Numbered from the stretch's first letter, positions 74,585-88,717 are shown. The stretch is 124,000 nt of DNA from Octopus vulgaris (GCA_951406725.2 OX597819.1:93268001-93392000), one strand, 5' to 3'. Program-made: numbers and translations. Notes: generated from the letters alone by a model not told the origin.

Positions 74585-75150
74585 CACTCAGTTGGCTGTC
74601 ATAATAAAACTCTGCTCTGACAACCGATGCTGGTGTGTTTAGGTCCCAATAACTTAGCGGTTCGGCAAAATAGACCGATCGAATAAGTACTAGGCTTACA
74701 AAGAATAAGTCCTGGGGTCGATTTGCTCGACTAAAGGCGGTGCTCCAGCATGGCCACAGTTGCATGACTGATACAAGTAAAAGAGTAAAGAGCAGAGTAG
74801 ACTTGAGCCTTAATCGCTTGAAACACAAGCCCGAGGCCGGGTCCACGGGCTATGTTCATCACCATCAGAGTTAAAATCTTCGAAGCTACCAGAGAAGAGA
74901 AAAAAGAGAAATCAAACGACAAGAGAGAAAGGCTCGACAAAATCAAACTCATCTCCCAAGGAGTAAATGCCATCGTTTCTTCCATGCAACAACTGGTCGG
75001 CATAGTTATCAATACCATCACCATAAAGGAAGCGATTAGAATACGGGAAATAAAAATGTCGGATGCGAGATAAAGCAAACAATACGATATGATACAATAC
75101 ATGTACTTTTACTTGTTTGATTCAGCTTCACGTGACACAGAGTTAAGGAG

Positions 75151-75202
75151 GCATCTGATGAGATGGATGTGACCTAGTTACCCACGAAACTTTAAGCTAT
75201 GC
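75151..75202 (+). ncRNA. Degenerate hammerhead motif
   Basis: gcat CTGATGA gatgg..ccac GAAA ctttaag c t atgc. Stem I is 4 bp; U16.1 apparently mutated. Confidence 0.45.
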
Positions 75203-75379
75203 GAGCCTAGATCAAACTGGTATGAAAGATATATCGATATAGATATGTAGCATTATTGGATTCAGAAGATGTTGCCAAAATCAACAAATGTGAAGATGAT
75301 GAGCTGCGAGCGGCTCTATCAAAATAACTTGGCTGTATACGTGGTTCAATGACTGGATACGCATGTGTATGTATACGTT

Positions 75380-75455
<76 letters not shown>

Positions 75456-75614
75456 TGTATTCATGTATGTATGTGTATTGGTAAATATATATATGTGTGT
75501 GTGTGTGTGTGCGTGTATGTATATATCTTTGTATTTATATATATGTGCGTGTGTGTGAGAGAGATTGTGAATGTGTCTGTGTTTGTATATATACAATATA
75601 CTTTGCCCGTTTAA

Positions 75615-75870
75615 CTGAGACACGTTTTTCACCATTTATTCTTCTTATCTGTAAAAGAGCGTAGGCGCGATAAGTTGAATAAACTCTCTTTGATATTCTT
75701 TCACACCCTTTTGCTTTTCGCATGTTTGAATCTATATATATTTATGCATACATATATGTATATGATCCAACCATGCCAAAAGCAAAATGAATGGTGTGAA
75801 AGAACATCAAAGTAAGGGTGTTAGTTCAACGTTTCGAGCCTACGCGCTTCTACAGAAAAAGAAAAAAACG
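75615..75870. mobile_element. Tail-to-tail pair of CUGUNGA-family hammerhead elements (75649-75680 +, degenerate; 75825-75858 -)
   Basis: Minus strand: ttt CTGTAGA a gcgc-gtag-gctc GAAA cg T T gaa. Arms are reverse-complementary. Confidence 0.65.
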
Positions 75871-75899
75871 TGTCTCAATATATATATGTAGAAAAAGAC

Positions 75900-76535
75900 G
75901 GGATGTATTTCCACGCAGGAAAAAATGTTGGCAAATTTGTTGTTGAAAATGCACCTAAATTTGAAAAACCTGTAATTGTTATAAAATGAATTTATTTACA
76001 TATATACCAAACTAGTTTCAGCAATATTTTTTTTTATCAATGATAAAAGTTTAGAATTATGAATTAGAAAAGCATGTTTAACAGTCTCAATGTCGACAAG
76101 TTTAAATGTTCATAACAGTCAATAATATAAAGACTGCTGATTAACATATTTAAATGTATAAAATTCAAAAGCGTTAGTAGTGGTCGACAAGAAATAAATT
76201 TCATCAAAGTTTCAGTTATATTGAGTGAAGAGGGAGAAAAACGAGGGAGAAAAACAAGGGAGAAAGAGATTTGGTTTACAGTTTCTGTGATTCTCTTTCT
76301 GTTGTGTGCAGGAACTTTCGCTTGTACCGGATTCCGAAAAACACTCTTACAGGCGAAAGTTGTTTTTTCTAATTCATAATTCTAAATTTATACTATTGAT
76401 AAAGAAAAAATATTTTTGAAACTAGTCTAGTATTAATGTAAATAAATTTATTTTAAAACAATTACAAGTTTTTCAAGTTTAGGTGCATTTTCAACAACGA
76501 ATTTCCTTATATTTTTTCCTGCGTGGAAATACACC
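75900..76535. mobile_element. Head-to-head foldback element with ~170-bp arms, each carrying a U3:A8 hammerhead (76006-76044 -, 76390-76433 +)
   Basis: atacta TTGATAA agaaaaaatattttt GAAA ctag T C tagtat. Confidence 0.75.
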
Positions 76536-76573
76536 TCCTCTTTTGTTATATATATATATATATATATATATAA

Positions 76574-76885
76574 GACCAATCCGTCGGTTGCGACGACGAG
76601 GGTCCCAGCTGATACGATCAACGGAACAGCTTGCTCGTGAAATTAACGTGCAAGTGGCTGAGTACTCCACAAACACGTGTACTCTTAACGTAGTTCTCGG
76701 GGAGATTCAGCGTGACACAGAATGTGACAAAGCTGATCCTTTGAAATACATGTACTGCTCATTTTTGCCAGCTGAGTGAACTGGAGCAACGTGAAATAAA
76801 GGACACAACGCGCCGCCGGGGAATTGAACTCACGACCTTACGATCATGAAGAGAATGCCCCTAACTACTAAGCCAAGGGCCCTCA
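76574..76885 (-). mobile_element. SINE family D
   Basis: Reverse complement of 1-220 plus a tRNA-like head. Confidence 0.75.
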
Positions 76886-76901
76886 CACACACACACGTGT
76901 A

Positions 76902-76955
<54 letters not shown>

Positions 76956-76979
76956 TGTATATATATATATATATATATA

Positions 76980-77059
<80 letters not shown>

Positions 77060-77072
<13 letters not shown>

Positions 77073-77450
77073 CAAGTCAAAATAGAAAATGCTAAAATAA
77101 TTTCATAAAGAACATCTCAGTACCAGTTTCGGTCATTTTGAGACCTTTTCAACTGTAACGATTAAATAATTAAATTTAGAAAAATTAGAAGAAAAATTTT
77201 TTTAAAGGAATATTTGTATAGTCTTCAAATATAAGTAGCATTCTGCCTTTCTCTGACTCCCTTGTTTGCACTTGTGTGTTCGAGGTCGTTGTGAATATTC
77301 CTTTAAAAAAACTTTTCTTCTAATTTTTCTAAATTTAATTATTTAATCGTTACAGTTGAAAAGGTCTCGAAATGACCGAAACCGGTACTGAAATGTTCTT
77401 TATAAAATTATTTTAGCATTTTCTATTTTGACTTGTTTTTTCATATATAT
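77060..77450. mobile_element. Near-perfect head-to-head foldback element with hammerheads in both arms (77118-77155 -, 77353-77390 +)
   Basis: cag TTGAAAA ggtc-tcgaaat-gacc GAAA ccgg T A ctg. Arms about 155 bp; (TA)n on both sides. Confidence 0.82.
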
Positions 77451-77476
77451 CAACTCGTGTGTTCCTTTTCACCCTT

Positions 77477-77537
<61 letters not shown>

Positions 77538-78652
77538 TGCATACTTGTGTTTGAAGAGATATGCATGTGTTATACAGTTGGAAAAAACAATATATGTTGG
77601 TCTTTAAGTTTTATAACAGCCTATACGCCCTCCCGCTAAACTCGATTGACATCAAAGGAAACTAACCGAGTAAAAGGCCTAATAAAACTACTTATCAGAG
77701 TTGGGTCTGCTACATCTATGAAAAAGCTGAAGAACATGAAATCTTAAAAGACGTTTAATATAGGTAAAATTCACGTTAGAAGAAATAATACAAGGTAACG
77801 AAATGCAGAGACATTTCTTGTGAAATGTGTGAAATAAATTGAATAGGGCAAAACCAAAATATTCAAGAATATGAAGGAATTGAAGTTTAAGGCTAACATG
77901 AATTGTAAAGCACAAATATTTCATTTACTTTATCACATGCTCAGAATGCAATGAAAATTATTTTGGGCTTATATGATCAAAATTAATACATTGGGTTAGG
78001 GTATATAAGCAACAAATTAATCTTTAACGAGCTAGTTTACTAGTTGCAAAACCACTGGTTGTATGATATTGCTTTTATGTATTATTGCAATCTGGAATGA
78101 GCTAGTGCTATTCTAGCAGAATGAAGATGACCAAAACGAGGTCGAAATCACATGGCGTCCGGGTTAGAATAGTAGGGAGTTCTCTCCATGCTTGCAAATT
78201 ATATCGAGTGCGAAGTGCACTGAATAACCAGCTGGAGGAGGCGTCCATCTGGGGTTAAAATAGCAGTATCATCTGTTCTTATAGAACACCCACGTTTCTT
78301 TAGCAATAAACAAATTAAAGATTCACCTCTTAGAAATTGTCGATGTTGTGAAATTTGAGACAATTATGGAAATTAAAAAATCCAAATTATTCCTTTTCTT
78401 CCAAACAAAAGAAGGAAAATGATCAACTACAGACGCCAAAATAAGGATACTTTAGAAGAATTCTAAATCCGAAACTAAACCGGAAATAGTCAACACTTCT
78501 ACTGAAAGTAACTTCCGTATACATGTGCTTTAAAATCTGTAAAAAGTTAAAGCGCTTATCCATTACGAATGCTTCTTTTCAAAAGATTTGTGTCATTCTG
78601 ACTTTTTAAGATTTTTCTTTTATAATTTATAATTTTTGATTTAAGAAAGTTT

Positions 78653-78695
<43 letters not shown>

Positions 78696-78867
78696 GCATA
78701 CCTATACTTGCTTTATTCGTTTCATACATGTGGCTGCGGTACTGCTGGAGCACCACTGTGATTTTGTACTTTTATATATGTACATATACATGCATATCTA
78801 TATTTATATCTATTTATATCCATATAATATATATTTGTGGGTATGTGTATATAAGTATATATATGTA

Positions 78868-78936
<69 letters not shown>

Positions 78937-78989
78937 CTAGTTTTCTTTTATTTGTCTCATCCATGTGGCTACGGTGCAGCCGCAATGGT

Positions 78990-79760
78990 AGGATTTCATA
79001 TCAGTGTATGTACTTTTCCTATGGCTGTTGGTCCATTTAGTATATGAGACTGTTTAACACTACTGCCCCTCATCTGTACCTCATGCCGGGCCGTTGGTTC
79101 ATCCGGTACTGTGGAGAGGAGTACGTCTAGTTCTGTTTTGAAGCGATTCATGTCTATATTGTGTAGGTTTTTCAACTTTTGGGGTTAGGCATTGAAAAGT
79201 TGTGGGCTTTGAACCCTAAGCTGTTGATGTACATAGGCCTGAATTGAGGGAGTAAAGTCGTAGTTTTTTCAGCCTCACTCTATAGCTCATCTACTGCACA
79301 GTTACAATCTTTTAAATATATTGATGTTTGAAGGCGGTGAGCTGGCAGAAACGTTAGCACGCCGGGCAAAATGCGTAGCCGTATTTCGTCTGGGTAGTAG
79401 AGAAATAGGTATTTCGTCAGTCTTTCCATTCTGAGTTCAAATTCCACCGAGGTCGACTTTGCCTTTCATCCTTTCGAGATCGATAAATTAAGTACCAGTT
79501 GCGTACTAGGGTCGATCTAATTGACTGACCCAAACCCCCAAAATTTCGAGCCTTGTACCTAGAGTAAAAAAGAATATATTCACGTTCAACCGCTTCAAGA
79601 TCTACTGTTTGTTTGATGCTTTGAGGTGACCACAGTTGAGAGCAGGCGGCTGAGAACAAAGTTCCTCCTGAGGGTCAATGAACATTACTTCTTGGTCACT
79701 TGTCTTGAAGAACTTTAGTATCCGTTCTGCCAGTTTCTGGCTACCTTGGCAACATATATA
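78990..79760 (-). mobile_element. CR1/L2-type LINE 3' fragment split by a SINE A copy (79330-79575, TSD aatatatt)
   Basis: Minus frame LRVQSPQLFNA*PQKLKNLHNIDMNRFKTELDVLLSTVPDEPT. Confidence 0.75.
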
Positions 79761-80239
79761 ATTACAAAAAGAGTTTTCTTTTAATTATTAACTTGTTAAA
79801 AAAATATTAATTTACTAAATAGAATGTCATGAACTTTTCTGGAAGTAGTTTGTATATAGTGATTATTTTATGCATTTTGTATGTAAGCGCTTTCATTTTT
79901 CAAATTTTCCAACACAGGTTTTCCGGACAACAACATAAAGAAATGGGTTTCTTTGCTTTTTTTTTTTGTTTTTGTTTTTGCTCTTTTTAACTTTTTGTAA
80001 TGATGTTAAATATTTCCGGTTTAGTTTCGGATTTTGAATTTTCATAAACAACTATTCTATTCCTTGCAGTTCATCATTTTCATAAGTTTTAAAATTGTAA
80101 ATTGTCGACAGTTTTAATTGCTATTTCCTGCTTAGTTTCAGATTTAGAATGTTTATAAAGTATTCTTCTTTTGCCTTTGTTTTATTTCGTAAAAGGGAAT
80201 ATTTTAAATCTTCCTTTGCACATATGTCTAGATGTTTAC

Positions 80240-80625
80240 TACTCCTTTACTCCTTTACTTGTTTCAGTCATTTGACTGCGACTGTGCTGGAGCACCGCCT
80301 TTAGTCGAGCAAATCGACCCCAGGACTTATTCTTTGTAAGCCTAGTACTTATTCTATCGTACTAGAATAAGTACTAAATAACGGGGATGTAAACACACCA
80401 GCATCGGTTGTCAAGCGATGCTGGGAGGAGAAACACAGACACACAAACATATACACGCACACACATACATATGTACGACGGGCTTCTTTCAGTTTTCGTC
80501 TACCAAATCCATTCACAAGGCTTTGGTTAGCCCGAGGCTATAGTAGAAGACACTTGCCCAAGGTGCTACGCAGTGGGACTGAACCCGGAACCATGTGGTT
80601 CGTAAGCAAGCTACTTACCACACAT
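80240..80625 (-). mobile_element. SINE family C
   Basis: Reverse complement of the consensus; inverted relative to 81144-81575. Confidence 0.8.
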
Positions 80626-81143
80626 AGAACATTCCTTAGAGATGAAACTTTAAGTTGTTTATGCTCATGACTGGTTAGTTTTGTCCCTGTTTCTCCACTT
80701 ATTGCATTATGGGCATAAGATGCAGTATAAATCCTTTAAAATGTTTTAGCCCGAAGGCCGCGGCCATGCTGGGGCACCACCGCTGATATTGATATTTTTG
80801 CTGGGGCACCACCTCTGATATATTTTTGCTTTGAAATTCATGCTTGCATTCACTTTCAATTCCTTCTCATTCGTAAATCTTTGGCTGCTCCTTGTTCAAT
80901 TATTTCAAATGCCCTACAAAAGTTTGTTACTTGTATAATTTCTCTCACCGATGTGATTCTCGCCTTTGTTGCAAATCTCTGGAGATTTAATGGTTTTCTT
81001 TGGCTGTTATTGATTTGTGATTTTTAAAATTATTTGTCAAAGATTTGATTATTGATGTAGAATGAGAGTGGGTATCATGCAGCTGGATGAAGGTTGTTGT
81101 TGTCCTTATGAAAACGGGTGACTACAAATGACATATTTATATT

Positions 81144-81315
81144 TGTAGGAGTGGCTGTGTGGTAAGTAGCTTGCTTACGAACCATATGGTTCCGGGTTCA
81201 GTCCCACTGCGTGGCACCTTCGGCAACTGTCTTCTACTAATAGCCTCGGGCCGACCAAAGCCTTGTGAGTGGATTCGGTAGACGGAAACTGAAAGAAGCC
81301 CGTTGTATATATGTG

Positions 81316-81367
<52 letters not shown>

Positions 81368-81575
81368 TGTGTCTGTGTTTGTCACCCCAACATCGCTTGA
81401 CAACCGATGCTGGTGTGTTTACGTCCTCGTAACTTAGTGGTTCGACAAAAGACACCTTTATAATAAGCACTAGGCTTACAAAGAATAAGTCCTGGGGTCG
81501 ATTTGCACGACTAAAGGCAGTGCTCCAGCATGGCCACAGTCAAATGACTGAAACAAGTAAACGAGTAAAAGAGTA
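81144..81575 (+). mobile_element. SINE family C, full length
   Basis: GTAGGAGTGGCTGTGTGGTAAG..AAACAAGTAAACGAGTAAAAGAG. Confidence 0.85.
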
Positions 81576-82199
81576 TTTTCATTTTTTTCACCTTTTGGAT
81601 AAATGTTTCTTCGTAAAGTTCGGGATTATTTCTTTTATTATTTATTTTTTTTTTTTTGTTTTCCGGGAACATATTTAATTCGTGTCATTCTGTTAAACAA
81701 AATAATTTTATTTACATAATTGATAACTTTTTTAAAAACATGTTTCCCTAATTATTGTAACTGATTCAAGTAATTTTTGTAGAAGCTTTTGTGTGTGTGC
81801 GTGTGTACTAATATACTATCTTTAGAAGGAAAACATTGACAGTAACTTCGAGGTTTAGGCTTCGAGCGTTTACCAGTCAGTCTGATGAATAAGTGCTATG
81901 CCAAAACTCAGAAGTAAAAGCTAAAATTTATTCAGTTTAGTATTTGCTTTTTATACAGCTGTACATAACAAAATCGTGCGTCTGCAAACACACCCACCAT
82001 GCGTACGTACATCTATTACATACATATAAACATACATGCGCACGTACATAAATGCACTCTCATAAATGCGCATACATATACCGATTTTAAGTTTATATTA
82101 CATAAATACACACATATATGCACACATACATACACACATACATACATACACACATACATACACACATACATACACACATACATACTTACATACATACTT

Positions 82200-82565
82200 A
82201 CATACATACTTACATACATACACACACACCAGCACATACATACACACACCAGCACATACATACACGCACACACACCAGCACGTACAAAGATACACACACA
82301 CCAGCACGTACATACATACACACACACCAGCACATACATACATACACACACACATACATACACACACACCAGCACATACATACATACACACACACCAGCA
82401 CGTACATACATACACACACACCAGCACATACATACATACACACACACACAGCACATACATACATACACACCACACCAGCACATACATACATACACACACA
82501 CAGCACATACATACATACACACACACCAGCACATACATACATACATACATACACACACACCAGCA
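82200..82565. repeat. Minisatellite (~24-28 bp unit CACACACCAGCAC(A/G)TACATACATA)
   Basis: Direct reading, about 10 units. Confidence 0.85.
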
Positions 82566-82959
82566 ATTAAATACACCCATCGCGCACATACGCTTGTTAG
82601 TAAAGGTGCGTATATTACAGATAGCGCGAACACAGAAAAACTATCAGATTCATTCCAACGAATGAAGTTTACGCATGCAAAGCTGCTCGTTCTGCCCACC
82701 CACCTCTCTCTCTCTCTCTCTCTTCTTCTTCTTCTTCTTCTTCTTCTTCTTCTTCTTCTTCTTCTCTATCTATCTAAAAAATCTCTCTCATTCTCTTTTT
82801 CTCATTCTCACACATGCACGCGAATGAGCGTACGCGTATGTATCAATATACCCGTACTCCCCCTCTCTCTCCCTCCCTCCCTCCCTCCCTCCCTCATTCT
82901 CTCTCGCTCATATATATGTATGTATATATATATATATATATACATACATATATATATAT

Positions 82960-83005
<46 letters not shown>

Positions 83006-83087
83006 TCATTACAGATATAGGGTGAAAAAATTATTAATTTAATAAAACCAACAAATTTCACCTAGTAGTTTTTCGGTATGGAAAAAG

Positions 83088-83215
<128 letters not shown>

Positions 83216-83523
83216 TATATATATATATATATATATATGTATGCATATATGTATGTGTGTGTACGTGTGTGCGTACAAGTGACGTGTGTGTCATGGTTTT
83301 GTGTGTGTGTATGTGTGTATATTTGTGAATGTCCATACACCACCGCCACCACAACCGCCCTCAAGTTACGCACGAGCGCAAGCACGCTTACGCACGCGCG
83401 GCAGATCTTCCCAAGCTCTTTCCACTCACTTCAGCTTCAAATTACAGACTACGCCACTTTCTTTCTTATTTCTTTTCTTTTTTCCCTTCCTTCTTTCTTT
83501 CTTTTTTTTTTAACCGTTTCGTG

Positions 83524-83555
<32 letters not shown>

Positions 83556-84429
83556 CGTCTTTTTTCTTTATCTTCTTACACATTTCTGGACCTTCTCGCG
83601 TGGTTAATGTTTTATCTTTAATCAACAGAATGTGCAGTGTTAGCTGATGTCTGGATGAGAATGATGATTATACGGAAACAAACGAGGAATATTGTATGTA
83701 CGTATGTATGTATGTACGTATTATGCATATATATACATATATATATGTCTGTGTATGTGTGTATATATATATATATGTCTGTGTATGTGTGTATATATAT
83801 ATATGTCTATGTTTGTGTGTATATATATATATATCTGTGTATGTGTGTATATATGTCTTTGTATGTGTGTATATATACATATCTGTGCATGTGTGTATAT
83901 ATATATATATATATGTCTGTGTATGTGTGTGCATATATATATATGTATGTATATATGTATGTATGTATATGGATGTGTATACACACGCACAAACACAAAC
84001 TCACACACACATGTATACTGGTTTCAGTTTTTGGCACACGGTCAGCAACTTCGGGGGTGGAATTAAGTCGACTACATCGTCCCCAGTACTCAGCTGATAT
84101 TTATTTTATCGGTCCCAAATGGATTAAAAGGCAAAATCGACGCCGGCGGCATTTGAACTTAGAACGTAATGACGGAAGAAATGCCGCTAGGCATTTTTTT
84201 CTCCGGAGCCGTAACGAATCTGCCATCTCGCCGTCTTATGTACACATGTTTATTATAAACTTATCGAGTATTTATGCGTGTGTGTGTGTGTGTGTGCGCG
84301 CGTGCGTGTGTGTGTACGTATGTATATATATATATAGTATAAACTTATCTAATATATGTATAAGTATTATAAACTTTAATGTACACATTTATGCATATAT
84401 AAGAATATATAAATATATGTATATCTGTA

Positions 84430-84475
<46 letters not shown>

Positions 84476-84599
84476 AATATATATATATATATATATACAT
84501 ACATAGACATACGTATATACATATATACATATATAGAGAGAGAAAGACAGACATGCTTACATCAATCCATTCATACATATATAAATATGTGCGTATTAG

Positions 84600-84632
<33 letters not shown>

Positions 84633-84748
84633 GAGAGCGAGAAGAGCGTATGAGAAAGTGCGTTGGAAGAGAGATAATAAAAGTAAAAAGTACAGAAAAT
84701 GTGTGCCTGCAAACGAGAAAATGTTATTGTTCGTATGTGGATTTACGT

Positions 84749-84849
<101 letters not shown>

Positions 84850-85499
84850 TGTAGCTATGTCTCTATCTGCGTGTGAGTGTTTTGCGCACGCGTTGTCTGT
84901 GCTTTTTCATGCTGACGAGGGTGTGGAAAAGCAGAAGGAAAAAAAGAGAGAGAGGAGGGGAAAATAAAAAGGAAAATAAGAAAGACAAAAGATAAAGGTG
85001 TATGTAATAAATCAATGAAAATGAACGCATGATTGTCTGCATTTGTATTTGTCTGTGTGTGTTTGAGGAAGGAGGGGAAGAGGCTGAGGTATGTTAGCAG
85101 AAGGTGAATTTATAAAGATTGTTGAACGTGCGAAAGTGAGGGAGTGACAACGAAAGGATCAGCGTTAAAGATGAGAGAGGAGGAAACTGACAGACAGAAC
85201 AGAACAGAACAGATAGATGGAAGAAGATAAACAGAAAAGAAAGAGTGCATGTGTTGTTATAAAGAGAGGAAAGAGGAAAACGAAAGCGTATGAATTTAGA
85301 AGAGAAAGACAGTGATAGAGAGAGAGAGAGAGAGAGACAGTGAGAGAAACATACAGAGAGCTAGACAGAGAGAAGGATAGATAATATAATATACAGAGAG
85401 AGAGAGATAGAGACAGACGGAGAAAAACCGAAGTGCGCGTGTGTTTGTGCTTGTTTGTGAGAAAGTTCAAAGAATCTATCGTAGTCTCGTCTTGAAACT

Positions 85500-86202
85500 T
85501 GCCTGACTGTTTTGCTTTCGCTTTTACCAGCTCCATCTCCATCGCCGGTAACATCCACCGCGACTGACACCTCCACCGCCACCGTAACCATATCAACGTC
85601 TCCGCCATCACCTCCAGTCTACCGCCAACGCCGCCCTCCCCCACTTACTTTCCAGTTTTTACGGCTGCTACTACTGATGTTGGTAGCGGCTGCTCAGCTC
85701 CACCGATGGAGGCTCCAGAACTTCAGTGCTTAGGGGATAGAGAAAGCTTGTTGCAGAGACGGCTACAACAGACATACCCAACCGCTTGTTGCAGGGAAAG
85801 AGTGACTGGTGCTGCGAGAAGGCGGCGGCGCTATGAGAGACTGAGACTTATTAACACATTCAAGCGAACACGCTTCAACCAGCAACTACCTTTACGTTAA
85901 ACGCTACCTAGTTTTAACATGGCGGGATCGCGATGCTCCTGAACATATCGGATCGGTTACAAAAGGGATCACAACGCTGTCTGCCCTTACTGTTTCTCTA
86001 CTGTCTAATTCCTGGATGCCGTGGCGTTCTTTTACCACAGAACGGCCACGATCTTCGCCGTTTCATGTGATTTTTACCTTTAACCACAGACAACTTCACC
86101 GTGGTTATTTCTTTCGCTGTTGCTTTTGTCATGGTCTGCTGAGTCAAAACTCTTCCGTGTCGGTTGTATTGTCGGATAGGATGATTTGCAGATGATAAAG
86201 AC
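85500..86202 (+). promoter_or_regulatory. GC/CpG-enriched putative promoter and 5' UTR of Cav3
   Basis: Repeat-free, GC-elevated 700 bp directly upstream of the ATG, preceded by long (GA)n tracts; contains upstream ATGs. TSS not located. Confidence 0.5.
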
Positions 86203-86717
86203 ATGGCTGAAGAGGTTCCCGCCGCACGAAAGACGTCAACGCCGAGAGCTAGATCTTCTTCTTTGGTCTCCAAGATCAGAGAGGACAGCAATCTGAGCGT
86301 CAACCCCGCTTTACAAGGGGACAGAGAACCTGGAGCGGTGGCGAAAACCGATGAGGATATCAACAGAAATGCTTCTGATGTTGCCGCAGTTGCTCCCTGT
86401 GTCACTCAATCTAACCCTTCCCCCAGTAGTACGTTTAACAATATCAACAATCATAACAACAGCAACAACAACAGCAACAACAACAGCAGCAACAGTAGTA
86501 CAAGCAGCAGCAGCAACAACAATAATAATAACGTTAATAATAATCATAATAATCATAATAATAAATCGGCAAGAATTATTGCCAACACAACCGAAACGGT
86601 GCATGACGAACCAGAAGAGGAGGAATTACCATACCCAGGATTTGTACCGACGGCTTTATATTGCCTCAATCAAACCAACAAATTGCGTTGGGTTTGCTTG
86701 AAAATCATTACTTGGCC
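86203..86717 (+). CDS. Cav3: T-type voltage-gated calcium channel alpha1 subunit, first coding exon (CACNA1G/H/I ortholog)
   Basis: ELPYPGFVPTALYCLNQTNKLRWVCLKIITWP matches the Cav3 signature LPYP..F.YL.Q...PR.WCL....NP(WFE). Good start context gacATGG; exon ends CC|ATATCCTTT. Confidence 0.9.
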
Positions 86718-86726
86718 ATATCCTTT
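86718..86726 (+). promoter_or_regulatory. U12-type (AT-AC) 5' splice site
   Basis: ATATCCTTT, an exact minor-spliceosome donor consensus, phase 2 within the Pro codon before the expected WFE motif. Confidence 0.88.
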
Positions 86727-86961
86727 TAAAAGCCAATAGTTTTTACAGCTGTTTTCACTTTTCTCTCTTAAACTCTTACGTTCTCTATTTCTCCCTCTCT
86801 CTCTCTGCTCTCTTTGTCTTTCTGTTTTCTCATTCCCCTCATGCTGTTTTTATTTGTTTATCCATTTATTGTATTTATCTATGTATTTATCTATCTATCT
86901 AACAAGTTTATCCAGCAAGCTTGTCATAACTCTTTTGCCACTGCAATTCACACTACAATCA

Positions 86962-87064
<103 letters not shown>

Positions 87065-88011
87065 CTTTCCTGTCTGTCTATCTATCTCATCTGACATACA
87101 CTTTCAGACACATGTACATACACATGCACATGCATACACACACAAACACATAACAAACACACGCCTTGACATACACAAACTTCGATTGTTCTACACACAC
87201 ACACACACACACGCATTCACCCAAATACGCACATAACAAGCAAGCATACACACATACGCACACACACACGCACACACGCACACACAAACACACACACACT
87301 AATACAAACAACACACTCACACACACATTTGGTTTGTTTCCCTTTTCTGTTCACCTAAGTTTTTGTTCAAACTTCTAAAGTGTTTATTACTTGAGAAAAT
87401 TGCAAAAGCAGAAACCTCAGCAAAAAAAAAGGGAAATATAGAAAGAAAAAAAAGAATTATAATAATCATTATTTGTCTATATATTCATAATTATTATTAT
87501 TATTATCAATATAATTACCGTTATTGTTGTTGATTGTATATAATATTCTTATTGAAAATTTTAAATTAATTATTTCTTTCTTTATTGATGCGTAAATTTA
87601 TCGTTTAAAATTATTTATTTGGAGAAAAAAAAAGAGTAAAATAGGAATTATACTTGTATTTTATTTCACACCTTCAGAATATAACTAATTATCTTTCTAA
87701 TTCCACGTCATATAATATTTCATTTAACTGTACGTGAAATAAATTCGAATTGAGTTTTTTTTTTCTCCCGTTATATATGTATGTATGCGTGATTATGTGA
87801 TTATATATAAGTATGGTTGCATGCGTGTATCTATGGCTGACTGAATGGATAGAAGGATGGATAGAATGATGGATGGATGGATGCATAGATGGATGTAAGG
87901 ATGTGTGTATAGTTACACACACTCACATGTATACTTATACATATATATATATGCATATTATGCATGTATATATATATATATATATATATATAAAAGTTTA
88001 TGTATGTATAT

Positions 88012-88061
<50 letters not shown>

Positions 88062-88343
88062 CGCGTGTGTGTGTGTGTGTATACATATATATACATGTAT
88101 AAACAGAGAGATGGATGTGTGTATTTATGTATCTATGGACGTATGAATGTAGAGACTGATGATGCGATGTATCCATGTGTACACGTATGTATTATATCGA
88201 TGAATATACAGATGAATGGATGGATGAATGATCAGAGCGGTATACCTGTATAAGTGTGATGCACATGTGCAATCCTGTGTATTTAATGTGTATATATACA
88301 TATATATATATATACATATATACATATATATATATATATATTT

Positions 88344-88439
<96 letters not shown>

Positions 88440-88717
88440 TCAAGCACTCGGCTTTATAACTGTTTTTAGTACCTGCAGATATTCATTAATATACACACGT
88501 ACAATCATATATGCGTGGTATTCATTCTGTACGCCTATAGATCAGTAGTCCATGAATTCAACATACATGCAGCGTGCAAACACAGATACACCGTAATATA
88601 TAAAAGTACTTACATATATGTCTGCATGAGAATATACGCACGTATATAGATTTTATACTAGCATTCATAGGTAGACTCATTCACGCAAACATAAGTGTAT
88701 GTATGTGAGCCCTTATA

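Noticed and set aside
78400-80220. Distant inverted similarity (AAACCGGAAATA motifs) as transposon TIRs
   Set aside because: Short and degenerate, with no TSD or transposase between them.
86718-86739. ORF-track extension ..YPFKSQ* of the Cav3 exon
   Set aside because: Read-through into the U12 intron; the conserved protein should continue with WFE.
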